Below, piece by piece: positions 49,215 through 58,226 of a DNA stretch of 64,000 bases. Each line of letters opens with the position of its first letter. The first letter of the stretch is position 1. This stretch comes from a virus, in IMG/VR virus record IMGVR_UViG_3300028584_001238; one strand, 5' to 3'. The notes beneath the pieces are model-generated. The model was not told the DNA's origin and ran no database searches. It saw only the letters and a list, made by a program, of their open reading frames with translations. Position numbers and translations under genes: made by a program.

Positions 49215-49299
49215 ATTATTTACCTTTAAAATGGCATAATTGGAATAAGATAATTCGGTTCATTGAAGCTATTATATCACAATCATGCCATGTTAACTA

Positions 49300-49632
49300 T
49301 CACTCTTTAACAGAATCGACAGTTGAAGAATCTTCATCAGATTGTTCATGCTCATCGTCTTCTGCATTGGCTGCATTGGCGGATGAAGTGGCGTTCATAA
49401 CAGCAATCCCTGTCATAATAGGAATAAGACTATTTGCCGTATTCTCAGGCTGGCTAGCTTTAGGAGCTTGAACACGGGCTGGTGGTGGCGAAACCTTAAC
49501 AGCCGGTGCAACGGGAGCAACCCGAACAGGTGCCACATAGACTCTTGGCATCACAATCATAGGGCCAGCAATAGCAGCGGTTTGAAAAGCACACAGAGCA
49601 AGAGCAACAGCCGAAAACATAAGTTTAATCAT
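49300..49632 (-). CDS. secreted low-complexity protein
   Basis: signal peptide, Pro/Ala-rich, acidic tail. Confidence 0.65.
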   Translation of the reverse strand: MIKLMFSAVALALCAFQTAAIAGPMIVMPRVYVAPVRVAPVAPAVKVSPPPARVQAPKASQPENTANSLIPIMTGIAVMNATSSANAANAEDDEHEQSDEDSSTVDSVKE

Positions 49633-49703
49633 TTTGATTTTTCCTTTAATGGTCTAGTTACATTTATTTATTAAACAATTTGTGTAGAATTTTGAATTAA
49701 CCT

Positions 49704-50123
49704 TTATTCTTTGATGAATACGTTTTTGTAGTTCGCTTTCAAAGGTTTCAATCCTTTGACTTCCTGTGAAGTAGCGGGCTGGCAATAACGCAAATAAGAC
49801 ATGATTGGGCACATCTTACTCATAAACCCACGATCTTTATCAGAAACACAGACTGTTTGCCATGCAAGGGCTGTCTGTGATTGTTCACGATTACAAATAG
49901 TCAACATATAGCTACCGGCTGGTTCTACATTGTATGACTTTTCTTTTGCTTCAATCTTTACGGATACAACAGGTTCCGCTACGTTTTCAGTCTCAGGATC
50001 ATCAATAATGCTTGATGCGGCAACTGTATTAATAATAGCCGTGCTAACCCCAGTATTAGCATAAGCACCAAAGCTCATTAAACACAACGACATCAGCATT
50101 AGACCAACAATTTTTTTCATCAT
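49704..50123 (-). CDS. secreted protein
   Basis: signal peptide ending AYA; four Cys. Confidence 0.7.
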   Translation of the reverse strand: MMKKIVGLMLMSLCLMSFGAYANTGVSTAIINTVAASSIIDDPETENVAEPVVSVKIEAKEKSYNVEPAGSYMLTICNREQSQTALAWQTVCVSDKDRGFMSKMCPIMSYLRYCQPATSQEVKGLKPLKANYKNVFIKE

Positions 50124-50137
50124 TTTAAAGCTCCTAG

Positions 50138-50662
50138 TTAAATGGTTTTTGTATACAACATTCCACGAGATTTTTCTACTTTTACAGATTTGTTTAACAC
50201 CCAAGAAAAATGCTCTACAGCATGGTTATTAGGGCGAATAACAATCAAATTATCCGCTACCGTTGAAAGCCCATAAAGCATAGTATTCAAGTAAGACGAT
50301 TCAACAAGGTCAATGGCATAGCTAAAAACAATCACATCAACCTTGGGCATTTCAAAGTTGCCATTAGCAATATCTTCGAAAGAATATTGGAAACACTCAT
50401 TATGGGTTTCTTTTATATAACGGGAAAACATGAATTTGTCACACCCAACAATGCTATCTACGGATTGAGTTTTAGCAAGGTGCTTAGAGACAAGGCCATC
50501 ACCACAAGCAAAATCAAGCACGCTTTTAAAGTCTTTTTTCCAAAGTTGGTCAAGACAGTTCAACGCGAAGGCAGCATGAGGGTTATGATACGTTTCAGCA
50601 TGATCGCTGTAATAGGTATCAACCCCCAAGGTTTCGTATTCTTTGCGTATGGATAAAGTCAT
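50138..50662 (-). CDS. class I SAM-dependent methyltransferase
   Basis: VLDFACGDG motif I; GCD. Confidence 0.8.
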   Translation of the reverse strand: MTLSIRKEYETLGVDTYYSDHAETYHNPHAAFALNCLDQLWKKDFKSVLDFACGDGLVSKHLAKTQSVDSIVGCDKFMFSRYIKETHNECFQYSFEDIANGNFEMPKVDVIVFSYAIDLVESSYLNTMLYGLSTVADNLIVIRPNNHAVEHFSWVLNKSVKVEKSRGMLYTKTI

Positions 50663-50706
50663 GATTAGCCTCTACTCTCATGTGTGGCCTGTATTATATC
50701 ACAAGG

Positions 50707-51198
50707 CTACCAATTACTAAAGACATCATTGAATTTATTGCTATAAAAATTGATAAAATCATTCGCACTGTCATCAAATTCAGTCGGTCTATCAATGGCG
50801 GCAATCTTTTTTCTAATTTTATTCAATTCATCATGTTTTAACTTTTCAACTCCATAAAAATCACGTTGTTCGGCAATAAACATAACCATATCAGACAAAG
50901 CTTTTAAATCAAAAACTCTGGATGCATAGCTATCTTGACCTTCTCGCCCAGCCGCATAACAAGCCATAACAATTTTATCTTTAAATGTAACATAAAAAAG
51001 TTGCCATACTCGACGGCCATCATAACAAAAGTCTTCAAAAATATGAATTTTGATGTTTTCATTATTTTTAAAATCCATTGGGAAATCAACCAGCTCACCG
51101 ATTTGAATAGACAAATAGTCTTCAACTTCATAATCGCCTGAAACGATAGATTGAATGGGGTGTTCTAGAAGTTCTTTGTATGAAATGTAACTATGCAT
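50707..51198 (-). CDS. hypothetical protein
   Basis: DGRRVW...AGREG.D. Confidence 0.7.
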   Translation of the reverse strand: MHSYISYKELLEHPIQSIVSGDYEVEDYLSIQIGELVDFPMDFKNNENIKIHIFEDFCYDGRRVWQLFYVTFKDKIVMACYAAGREGQDSYASRVFDLKALSDMVMFIAEQRDFYGVEKLKHDELNKIRKKIAAIDRPTEFDDSANDFINFYSNKFNDVFSNW

Positions 51199-51348
51199 TT
51201 AGATCTCACATTTTTTCAATTGTGGTGCAGGCTTGAGAACAGGAGTACAGACAGTTAATGGAATAAAAATATCCAAAACGATACGTTCAGAAGCCTGCAC
51301 TTGGGTCATACCAAACATAAGGCAAAGAGCCAACATTGATTTTTTCAT
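51199..51348 (-). CDS. small secreted peptide (49 aa)
   Basis: MKKSMLALCLMFGMTQVQA...; GGAG RBS. Confidence 0.5.
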   Translation of the reverse strand: MKKSMLALCLMFGMTQVQASERIVLDIFIPLTVCTPVLKPAPQLKKCEI

Positions 51349-51401
51349 GATAGATCTCCAATAAGGTGCCTGAGTATAACAGAAACATGTAAATGAAGCA
51401 A

Positions 51402-52079
51402 TTAAATATTTAACATGTCCGTTAATAAACCTAATTTTTTATAATCATCATGTGTTGCCGATTCATTAATTTTCCATATCTCAAAGATCTTTTCCCGGTA
51501 GGAATAAAAATCACTACTTAAAAAATCACCTTGACCATTATAATTAAAAACCAATTGAATAAAATGAAATTGATCAAGGCTAGTCTCCTTTGTAATCAAC
51601 TGAGCCATTGGATTAGTGTCACCATTATCCTTAAAAGATGGTATTCTAAGTTCAATAGAAATTAAAAACTTATCTTCTTTCGTTAAATGAGTAAATGATA
51701 TAACTGCATATATTCGACTTAGTAAAGTGGAAAGCACATATTTACCATCAATAAGCGACCTAAAACGACAAGCATTAAAAATAGATAATAGATTATTAAT
51801 ATTTTTCATAACTTTACAAATTATAGGATCTTTAAATTTTGAGCATAATGTATTGTTTTCAACATAAAGCATGTCATAGAATGTTGTAACAACGCCATAA
51901 TCCATACCATATACATCTTGCATATGAACACTTGGATTAAATGGGCCTTTTACATTACATTTATGTTTAGATTCATATTTAGGATTTTTTAGTTCTATAC
52001 CAAAATTATCTAAAAAAGATTTATTAGATAAAATTATTTCTTTTTCATATAGAATTTCTTTTGAACGTGTTCTTTTCAT
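51402..52079 (-). CDS. hypothetical protein with shared C-terminal motif
   Basis: paralog of 52094 and 52824; ends LLTDMLNI. Confidence 0.8.
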   Translation of the reverse strand: MKRTRSKEILYEKEIILSNKSFLDNFGIELKNPKYESKHKCNVKGPFNPSVHMQDVYGMDYGVVTTFYDMLYVENNTLCSKFKDPIICKVMKNINNLLSIFNACRFRSLIDGKYVLSTLLSRIYAVISFTHLTKEDKFLISIELRIPSFKDNGDTNPMAQLITKETSLDQFHFIQLVFNYNGQGDFLSSDFYSYREKIFEIWKINESATHDDYKKLGLLTDMLNI

Positions 52080-52093
52080 GTTTATACCTTTGT

Positions 52094-52816
52094 TTAAATG
52101 GAAATCATATCCGACAGTAAACCAAGTCTTTTATAGTCAATCTCTTGGCAGTCTTCGGTAATTTCCCATACATTTATCATGCGTTTCTTATATCGTTGAA
52201 TATCATTGATAATACTGTCACCTGTGATTGAGTAAATACAATTAAAACCCGATGGGTCATAAAAATGTTGAATGGCTGTCTGTTTAGTCGTTAAATAATA
52301 AGCATCACCTGTTGTTCTAAGAGAAATTTTAAAACTAACCTGAATAGTAATGCTATCAGTTTCTTTAATGTATTTGAACACAAGCCAAGGTTTAACATTG
52401 GGTAAAACTGGCAAATATTCAATGTAATCGTTAGTCAGACGAAAACTTTCAGTAATGCCTAGATATTGATTAACATCGTTTAACATAGTCTGAATGATAG
52501 GCGATTTTAAGGCGGATGAAACGATTCCATTATCAAGCGTAATGATGTTTTCAAATGAAAAACAAACATCACCAAACCCAGATAAATAGATATTAACATC
52601 ATGCCCATCATCTGATTTTGCGGTGTATTCGCCAAATAAAGATGGCTCCATATCATGAATAGAGATATTCAGATGCTCAAAAATCAATTGTTTAACATCA
52701 ATAATCTTTTCAAGTGTTGATTTCTGAGGTGCAATAGGATAAACCATTTGTCTTAACGCTCGGCCATATGACGATTCTTCTGTTTCTTCGTTAGAGTTAA
52801 TATCATCATTCATCAT
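52094..52816 (-). CDS. hypothetical protein with shared C-terminal motif
   Basis: ends LLSDMISI. Confidence 0.8.
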   Translation of the reverse strand: MMNDDINSNEETEESSYGRALRQMVYPIAPQKSTLEKIIDVKQLIFEHLNISIHDMEPSLFGEYTAKSDDGHDVNIYLSGFGDVCFSFENIITLDNGIVSSALKSPIIQTMLNDVNQYLGITESFRLTNDYIEYLPVLPNVKPWLVFKYIKETDSITIQVSFKISLRTTGDAYYLTTKQTAIQHFYDPSGFNCIYSITGDSIINDIQRYKKRMINVWEITEDCQEIDYKRLGLLSDMISI

Positions 52817-52823
52817 TAACTCC

Positions 52824-53471
52824 TTAAATATTAATCATGTCAGTTAAATCACCAAGACGTTTGTAGTCAATATCACTACTATTTTCATCAATATTCCAAA
52901 CCTTTAAAAGTCTGGTCTTATAAGTTAACAAATCACTAAAATAGTTTGAACCATTTGCATGATAGACGGCTTTAAATCCAGACGGTTCATAACCATGTTG
53001 AATAATGACATCTTTTGTTGTGATGTAAATAGACTCTTCTGATTCAATAGTGGGATTTAAGTCAAGATGAATCATCATATTATCACACTCAACATTATAT
53101 TTGAAAATAATAGAAGGTTTGATATTGTCTAAAATAGGATAGAATACGTCTAGATCCCATGTTGTAAAACGTAAGGCGTCGAAAATATAAAAGAAAGAAT
53201 TCATCTCTTTTACAAACTCATTAATCATCGGATCATTGAGTTTGGAAACTAAAAGACCATTTTCAAGATGCAATAAATTTTTAATACCAATGTAGAGATC
53301 GGTTTGGTTTAAAGCATAAATATCGACTGGATAATCCCCAGAAGCCACATAGTCTCCGTGGCTTTCACGAGTGACATTAGTAAAGTCAATACCAAATTTA
53401 GCGACCATAATTTTCCGTGCAGACTCAATACTGGTAAGATGGATGGGATCAGATTCGTGATAGCTTCTCAT
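52824..53471 (-). CDS. hypothetical protein with shared C-terminal motif
   Basis: ends DLTDMINI. Confidence 0.8.
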   Translation of the reverse strand: MRSYHESDPIHLTSIESARKIMVAKFGIDFTNVTRESHGDYVASGDYPVDIYALNQTDLYIGIKNLLHLENGLLVSKLNDPMINEFVKEMNSFFYIFDALRFTTWDLDVFYPILDNIKPSIIFKYNVECDNMMIHLDLNPTIESEESIYITTKDVIIQHGYEPSGFKAVYHANGSNYFSDLLTYKTRLLKVWNIDENSSDIDYKRLGDLTDMINI

Positions 53472-54079
53472 ATCATCACCATATCATTAAGTGCAGTTAA
53501 TCTGACAACATCGTCCATTGTCATCTTTTTAGATTTACAGTAATCATGCACAAAATGGAACGCTTTATCAATTCCATATATTGATTGAAAAGCATCACCA
53601 ATATAGGAGATTTGGAATTCCTTTTGACACCCCGGCAAATCAATCTCATCCAGAAACACAAACTTTGCATAATGGGGGTAAGGAATAGCCTTAAAAATAA
53701 TTTGTGGGTTCTTGATTGTATAGGTGACAACAAATTTAAGTGTGAACTTAGTATCTTCGAAGAAATGGATATGTTTACCACCCATTGTCTTCAATTTAAC
53801 CACATTAAGCACCATAGCTCGCTCATTTATGTCATCAACAATGGGCTGAAGGTTAGAGCCAGCTTTCTTTAAAGTGAGATTTTGACCATCAAAGCCTATG
53901 CTTGATGTGAAAGTGATATTGGCACACTTATTAAAGATATAGATGCGAGCTGGGCCAAGCGATGTCTTGGCTGTATAAATAGTATGTTGATTTTTAACCA
54001 AACACATACTGGTAATATCAATGTCATAGACAGATTTCATACGGTCCACAACTGTCTTCAATTGTTCTTCATGTGCCAT
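53468..54079 (-). CDS. hypothetical protein with shared C-terminal motif
   Basis: GGAG RBS before MAHEE; ends ALNDMVMI. Confidence 0.75.
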   Translation of the reverse strand: MAHEEQLKTVVDRMKSVYDIDITSMCLVKNQHTIYTAKTSLGPARIYIFNKCANITFTSSIGFDGQNLTLKKAGSNLQPIVDDINERAMVLNVVKLKTMGGKHIHFFEDTKFTLKFVVTYTIKNPQIIFKAIPYPHYAKFVFLDEIDLPGCQKEFQISYIGDAFQSIYGIDKAFHFVHDYCKSKKMTMDDVVRLTALNDMVMI

Positions 54080-54135
54080 GCAATAACACTCCAAAAAGTT
54101 TAGTTGATTATAGCATAAAACTAAATTAAAGACAA

Positions 54136-54172
54136 TAAAAATGCCAACGTCACATCACTATGAGTTGGCATT
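54136..54172 (-). terminator. terminator of the ncRNA unit
   Basis: ATGCCAAC...GTTGGCAT hairpin then T-run. Confidence 0.65.
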
Positions 54173-54183
54173 TATTTAAAAGT

Positions 54184-54252
54184 TGGCCCACCACAACGGA
54201 GTCGAACCGTTCCCTTTAGCTTTTAGAGGGCCAAGGTCAGCCTTAGTGGCAG
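54184..54252 (-). tRNA. non-canonical tRNA-like RNA, anticodon CUA (amber)
   Basis: acceptor CTGCCAC/GTGGTGG + G-CCA; T-arm AACGG-TTCGACT-CCGTT; loop CT-CTA-AA; minimal D-arm; 69 nt. Confidence 0.7.
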
Positions 54253-54257
54253 ATTTT

Positions 54258-54613
54258 GTTGCGAAAACAATCATAATCATGGTGTGCTATTACGCCAAAA
54301 GAGAATTCAGCCTTACCATTTCTGGGGTGCCTCCTTACTTGACCAAGACCACAACCACGGCAAATTCTTACATTATTGCAAGAACTGGGCGTTTTTGGCT
54401 GAGACGTTTTGATCTGCAAAATCTACTTTAATGTGGATTCGATTTCGACAAACCGTGGCTCACTTGTCACCGATACCTTTAAATGACCGCTAAATCATTT
54501 AAACCCGATGCTTACCATCACTGTATCCCAAACACCTGTGGCAACCGCTCTACTCATTAAAAGATGGCTGCTTTTAAGCCCACTTTCCAAGATTACATCA
54601 TTGCTTTACAACG
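54258..54613 (-). ncRNA. structured RNA with 23S rRNA H43/H44 (L11-binding site) mimic
   Basis: long 5'-3' closing stem; GGCTTAAAAGCAGCCATC and GCGTAATAGC match the 23S GTPase-associated centre. Confidence 0.75.
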
Positions 54614-54618
54614 AGGCC

Positions 54619-54647
54619 ATTATACGACAATTCATGGCCTTTGGCAA
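54619..54647 (-). promoter_or_regulatory. sigma70 promoter of the rRNA-mimic RNA
   Basis: TTGCCA-17-TATAAT; predicted start coincides with the closing stem. Confidence 0.8.
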
Positions 54648-54666
54648 CACCTTTTTCATCAAAAAA

Positions 54667-55224
54667 TCATTTATTTTCGTAGGAATCGACAACATCTTTA
54701 TGATTTTTAGCAATCGTATCAAAATTGAATGTCTTTTCGTCTTCGACATACTTTCTGATGGCATTAATGAATTCTACCGGAATCATCTGACCATTAATAA
54801 AGTTTTCTGTTGGCATGTTTTCATAAAAACCACCCAAATAAAATTCAATCCCTTCTGTTTGAATTTCAAGTAAACGAGCCAAGGGCTGACCTAATTGACC
54901 TGAGAACTTGTAAGTGTAGAATGCGTCAGGTTCTGGAATAATTTCACTCAGGAAAAGCGATTCTTTCTCTGGATGATTGAATATGTAATAGATGAAAGAA
55001 AACACGAGAGAAGGATACTGCCGACGAAATTCTTGGTCATCATTCTCATAAGCTTTAATCTCTTTCAGTACAAGTTGTTTGATGTCACCATTACGAACAA
55101 ATACAGAAGCCTTACGCAATGCTTTACGAGCATCACGGTAATTTAGATAAAATGTTTCTGCTTTATCAACATATTCATTGATCACTTTAATGGATTCAAT
55201 AACTGACATGTCTTTTGTAATCAT
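54667..55224 (-). CDS. hypothetical protein
   Basis: GAGG RBS. Confidence 0.7.
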   Translation of the reverse strand: MITKDMSVIESIKVINEYVDKAETFYLNYRDARKALRKASVFVRNGDIKQLVLKEIKAYENDDQEFRRQYPSLVFSFIYYIFNHPEKESLFLSEIIPEPDAFYTYKFSGQLGQPLARLLEIQTEGIEFYLGGFYENMPTENFINGQMIPVEFINAIRKYVEDEKTFNFDTIAKNHKDVVDSYENK

Positions 55225-55286
55225 TAATAAGTCCTCTTTTAATATGCAGAGTGTATCACAAGTGGACCGTTTTTGTCATCAAATGG

Positions 55287-56252
55287 TTAACACTTTGCCA
55301 TTTCAATGACAGGTTTAATATTGGCTTTAAAATATTCATAATATTCTTTTGTTAACGCCACCGGAACATTATCAATAATTTCATAATTTGATTTAAAGTC
55401 TTCAATAAATGGTAGTAAATATGAGACAATCGTTTTTTTAACATCATTATTAAAACGAGAATATTCATTAAAAATAATAACGTCATTGTGAATTAATCTA
55501 GTATTTAAAACAAAACCACAATAAAATTGAATATTCTCACTAATAATTTGTTCTTCATCATTTGAATTAATTAAACTCTCTGCAACATTGATTTCATGAA
55601 CTTTATATTGTTCTGATGTAAGTAGTCTAACTTGTAATTCAAGCTTTTTACTTTGATTTTGTTCAAATTGTTTAGAGTGAATGGTAGCCGTTGCCTTGTC
55701 AAATGACAGCAAAAAAGAAACAAAAGGAAAAATGCCCTTCATGCTTGAACTTTCATAACCAATTGATTTAATAATACTGTTCACATCATAATTAGACTCA
55801 TTGATAAGAAGATAACTAGGAAGATGATTTAACATATTTTTGTTGTGAGACAAATCAAGGGTAGTTTTGGATGAATCGATCAGCAACATATCAGCATGTT
55901 CTTTAAAAAATAACATAGATGTTTCGGTTAATGACGAATAAATATGTTCAAAAACAATCATAGAAATTGGAAGAATATTATGAAGGTCATCATAATACTG
56001 ATTTACATCTTTAATAAGTTCTTTTATTGTATCTTTTCCAATTATTCCACGACTTTTTCTTAAATGAACATTAATGCTCGAAATTATAATATCTTTATAC
56101 TCATCAACATTACTATGTGTTAAATGATAGATTTGAGCATTATCAAAACCTAATCGTTGGTTTGTTTCATCAATAAAAGACAAAAGGTTAGCAGACAAGG
56201 TTCTTTTAGACGCCTTCTTGAGAAATTGTTTGTTATGTTGAATGATTTGCAT
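55287..56252 (-). CDS. hypothetical protein with shared C-terminal motif
   Basis: ends PVIEMAKC. Confidence 0.75.
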   Translation of the reverse strand: MQIIQHNKQFLKKASKRTLSANLLSFIDETNQRLGFDNAQIYHLTHSNVDEYKDIIISSINVHLRKSRGIIGKDTIKELIKDVNQYYDDLHNILPISMIVFEHIYSSLTETSMLFFKEHADMLLIDSSKTTLDLSHNKNMLNHLPSYLLINESNYDVNSIIKSIGYESSSMKGIFPFVSFLLSFDKATATIHSKQFEQNQSKKLELQVRLLTSEQYKVHEINVAESLINSNDEEQIISENIQFYCGFVLNTRLIHNDVIIFNEYSRFNNDVKKTIVSYLLPFIEDFKSNYEIIDNVPVALTKEYYEYFKANIKPVIEMAKC

Positions 56253-56392
56253 TAATGTGACCTCTTAGAACATTCGATAAATATTTTGAAAGAATACCAT
56301 ATTTATAACAAAAAATAAACTAAAATTTTAATATTTTCATAATTGTTGACATTTAATAGGATAGTGGTCTAATTATGCAAAGGGGAAAAATA

Positions 56393-57433
56393 ATGCAAGA
56401 AGAAAAAATAGAAAAAAAACTATTATTTGGCTGTTTTATAGGAATATTTTTATACACTTGTTTAATGAGTTTAGGCATGGGTTTAACAAATGGGATCATG
56501 GAAATAATCACCTTGTTTTATAATTCTGAGAGTTACACCAAATATTTAAGATTAACGACTGGTTCTGGAATGGATCTGTTTAGAAGTCAACTTAATTTGG
56601 TTTATGCAACTGTGTTTATATTTTTAATTGCATTCAAATATTATGCTTTAGGCAGACATTATAAAACGGCATACTTACAATTAACATCTAAATCAATATT
56701 GTTATGTCTTATAACATATTCAGTAGGCAAAATAGTAACAGATGTGAATCCAGAAAAAACAGAAACAATACTCACAGCAACCTACATAATATATGCCTTA
56801 ATTATTCTTTTGACATTGTTTTGTGCCAAAAAGTTTTTTCATGATGAAATGAGTGTTAACAAAGGCTTCTTGAAACTAGCTGTCTCATTTTTTGTTATTG
56901 TGGCACTCATTGTTGCAACAGAACAACAAATTGAAAATGACAAAATAAACAAAAGACATGAACTTTCTGCAAGCTTATGTGGTGCTCCAAGTTATAATAA
57001 GATATCAGGTGTTCTGGGTATTGAAGTGACTGAAGTGGTTGTTAATGATTACATTGAAAAATTAGACAGTTTAGGAGAAATTATCTATTTTAAAACCAAT
57101 TATGAAAAATTTACTAACGAAGAATTGATTGGTTTGAAAAAAGAATTTTTAAATTACTACACCACCAATAAATCAGACTATATGAAAACAAAATATCCAG
57201 AAGAGTTTAAGAAATCCATACTGGAAATTAGAAGAGAGATAACTGATAGTCAACTTAGCCGAGATATGGCAACTATCAATGCTTTTGATAAAGGTGGTAT
57301 CAATGCGGTTGCTGAACTGATTAATAATCAGACAGAAGGATTAACTAACTTACAACAAATATTAATATTGAAAAATAAAGACAGTGTTAAATTCAATAAA
57401 GATCATGGTTTATTGATCACAACCTGCAATTAA
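56393..57433 (+). CDS. multi-pass membrane protein, similar to 21388
   Basis: about 5 TM then soluble domain. Confidence 0.75.
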   Translation: MQEEKIEKKLLFGCFIGIFLYTCLMSLGMGLTNGIMEIITLFYNSESYTKYLRLTTGSGMDLFRSQLNLVYATVFIFLIAFKYYALGRHYKTAYLQLTSKSILLCLITYSVGKIVTDVNPEKTETILTATYIIYALIILLTLFCAKKFFHDEMSVNKGFLKLAVSFFVIVALIVATEQQIENDKINKRHELSASLCGAPSYNKISGVLGIEVTEVVVNDYIEKLDSLGEIIYFKTNYEKFTNEELIGLKKEFLNYYTTNKSDYMKTKYPEEFKKSILEIRREITDSQLSRDMATINAFDKGGINAVAELINNQTEGLTNLQQILILKNKDSVKFNKDHGLLITTCN

Positions 57434-57478
57434 CAAGATTTAAAAGCCATCAGAAGATGGCTTTTTTGTTAACACAAT

Positions 57479-57886
57479 TTAAACTTTGTAACAAGTGACA
57501 GTAACTTTTGAATCTTCATAAAACATATCATCAATCGCTGCATCTAACAGAGACTGTGCTTCATCTGATAAACTACCATCAGGAAGAACACCAAGTCGAT
57601 CTTTAACTTTTTCAGAGAACTCTTCCAACATCTGCTCTTTACCAGCTTCAGTCGGTTTATAGGTGCGAATAGTATCCGTCACACCTTGCCACATATAAAC
57701 CAAGACATAGCTGGGTTGATAGTTGTTATCCAAAGCGGCTTCCAGAGCATGAATATCATCATGACCTAGCAATTTAGCCACTGTATTACGGTAAGATTCC
57801 AAACTTGGTTTCTCATTAGCAGTAGCTACCATAGACGCATGTGATTCTTCTGTTTTCTTGATGAAGTCTTGAAATGATTGATACAT
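57479..57886 (-). CDS. hypothetical protein
   Basis: GGAG RBS before MYQSF. Confidence 0.7.
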   Translation of the reverse strand: MYQSFQDFIKKTEESHASMVATANEKPSLESYRNTVAKLLGHDDIHALEAALDNNYQPSYVLVYMWQGVTDTIRTYKPTEAGKEQMLEEFSEKVKDRLGVLPDGSLSDEAQSLLDAAIDDMFYEDSKVTVTCYKV

Positions 57887-58226
57887 AGTGTATGTCTCCA
57901 AATAAGTTAAGTTTATATTTTAAAGTTGTCAAGATCAGCTTTAATTTTAGAAATAAGCCTGTTTTTTTACATCAATAACCTCACGCTCAATTCTGTTTGA
58001 ATTATAGTTGAAATGCAGTGAAATAGCAAGGTTTAAGATCACTCCAACGGTCGGATATTCAGGAAAAATAAGACTGACCACAGTATAGCTCAAAGATTGC
58101 CATACAATAGATTTATTTTAAATATAGGCTTGATTTAATAAGGTTAACATGCTAGAATGGCGACATTCAATAGTAATGAATGACTCTTATGAACTGGTAA
58201 GGATTTTACCAATAGGAGAATTACTA

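Noticed and set aside
54184-54252. Bona fide tRNA-Pyl
   Set aside because: The anticodon loop and G73 match, but the T-loop is canonical, the anticodon stem is weak and no pyl genes are in the window
54258-54613. True rRNA gene fragment or host contamination
   Set aside because: Only the H43 and H44 segments resemble 23S; they are split by about 260 nt and sit in a phage-style promoter-terminator unit
54184-54613. tmRNA
   Set aside because: The tRNA-like part has its own 5' acceptor strand and anticodon loop, and the transcript 5' end pairs with the upstream stem rather than the CCA end
54183-54873. Plus-strand ORFs 54183-54431 and 54508-54873
   Set aside because: No RBS; antisense to the RNA unit and to a CDS
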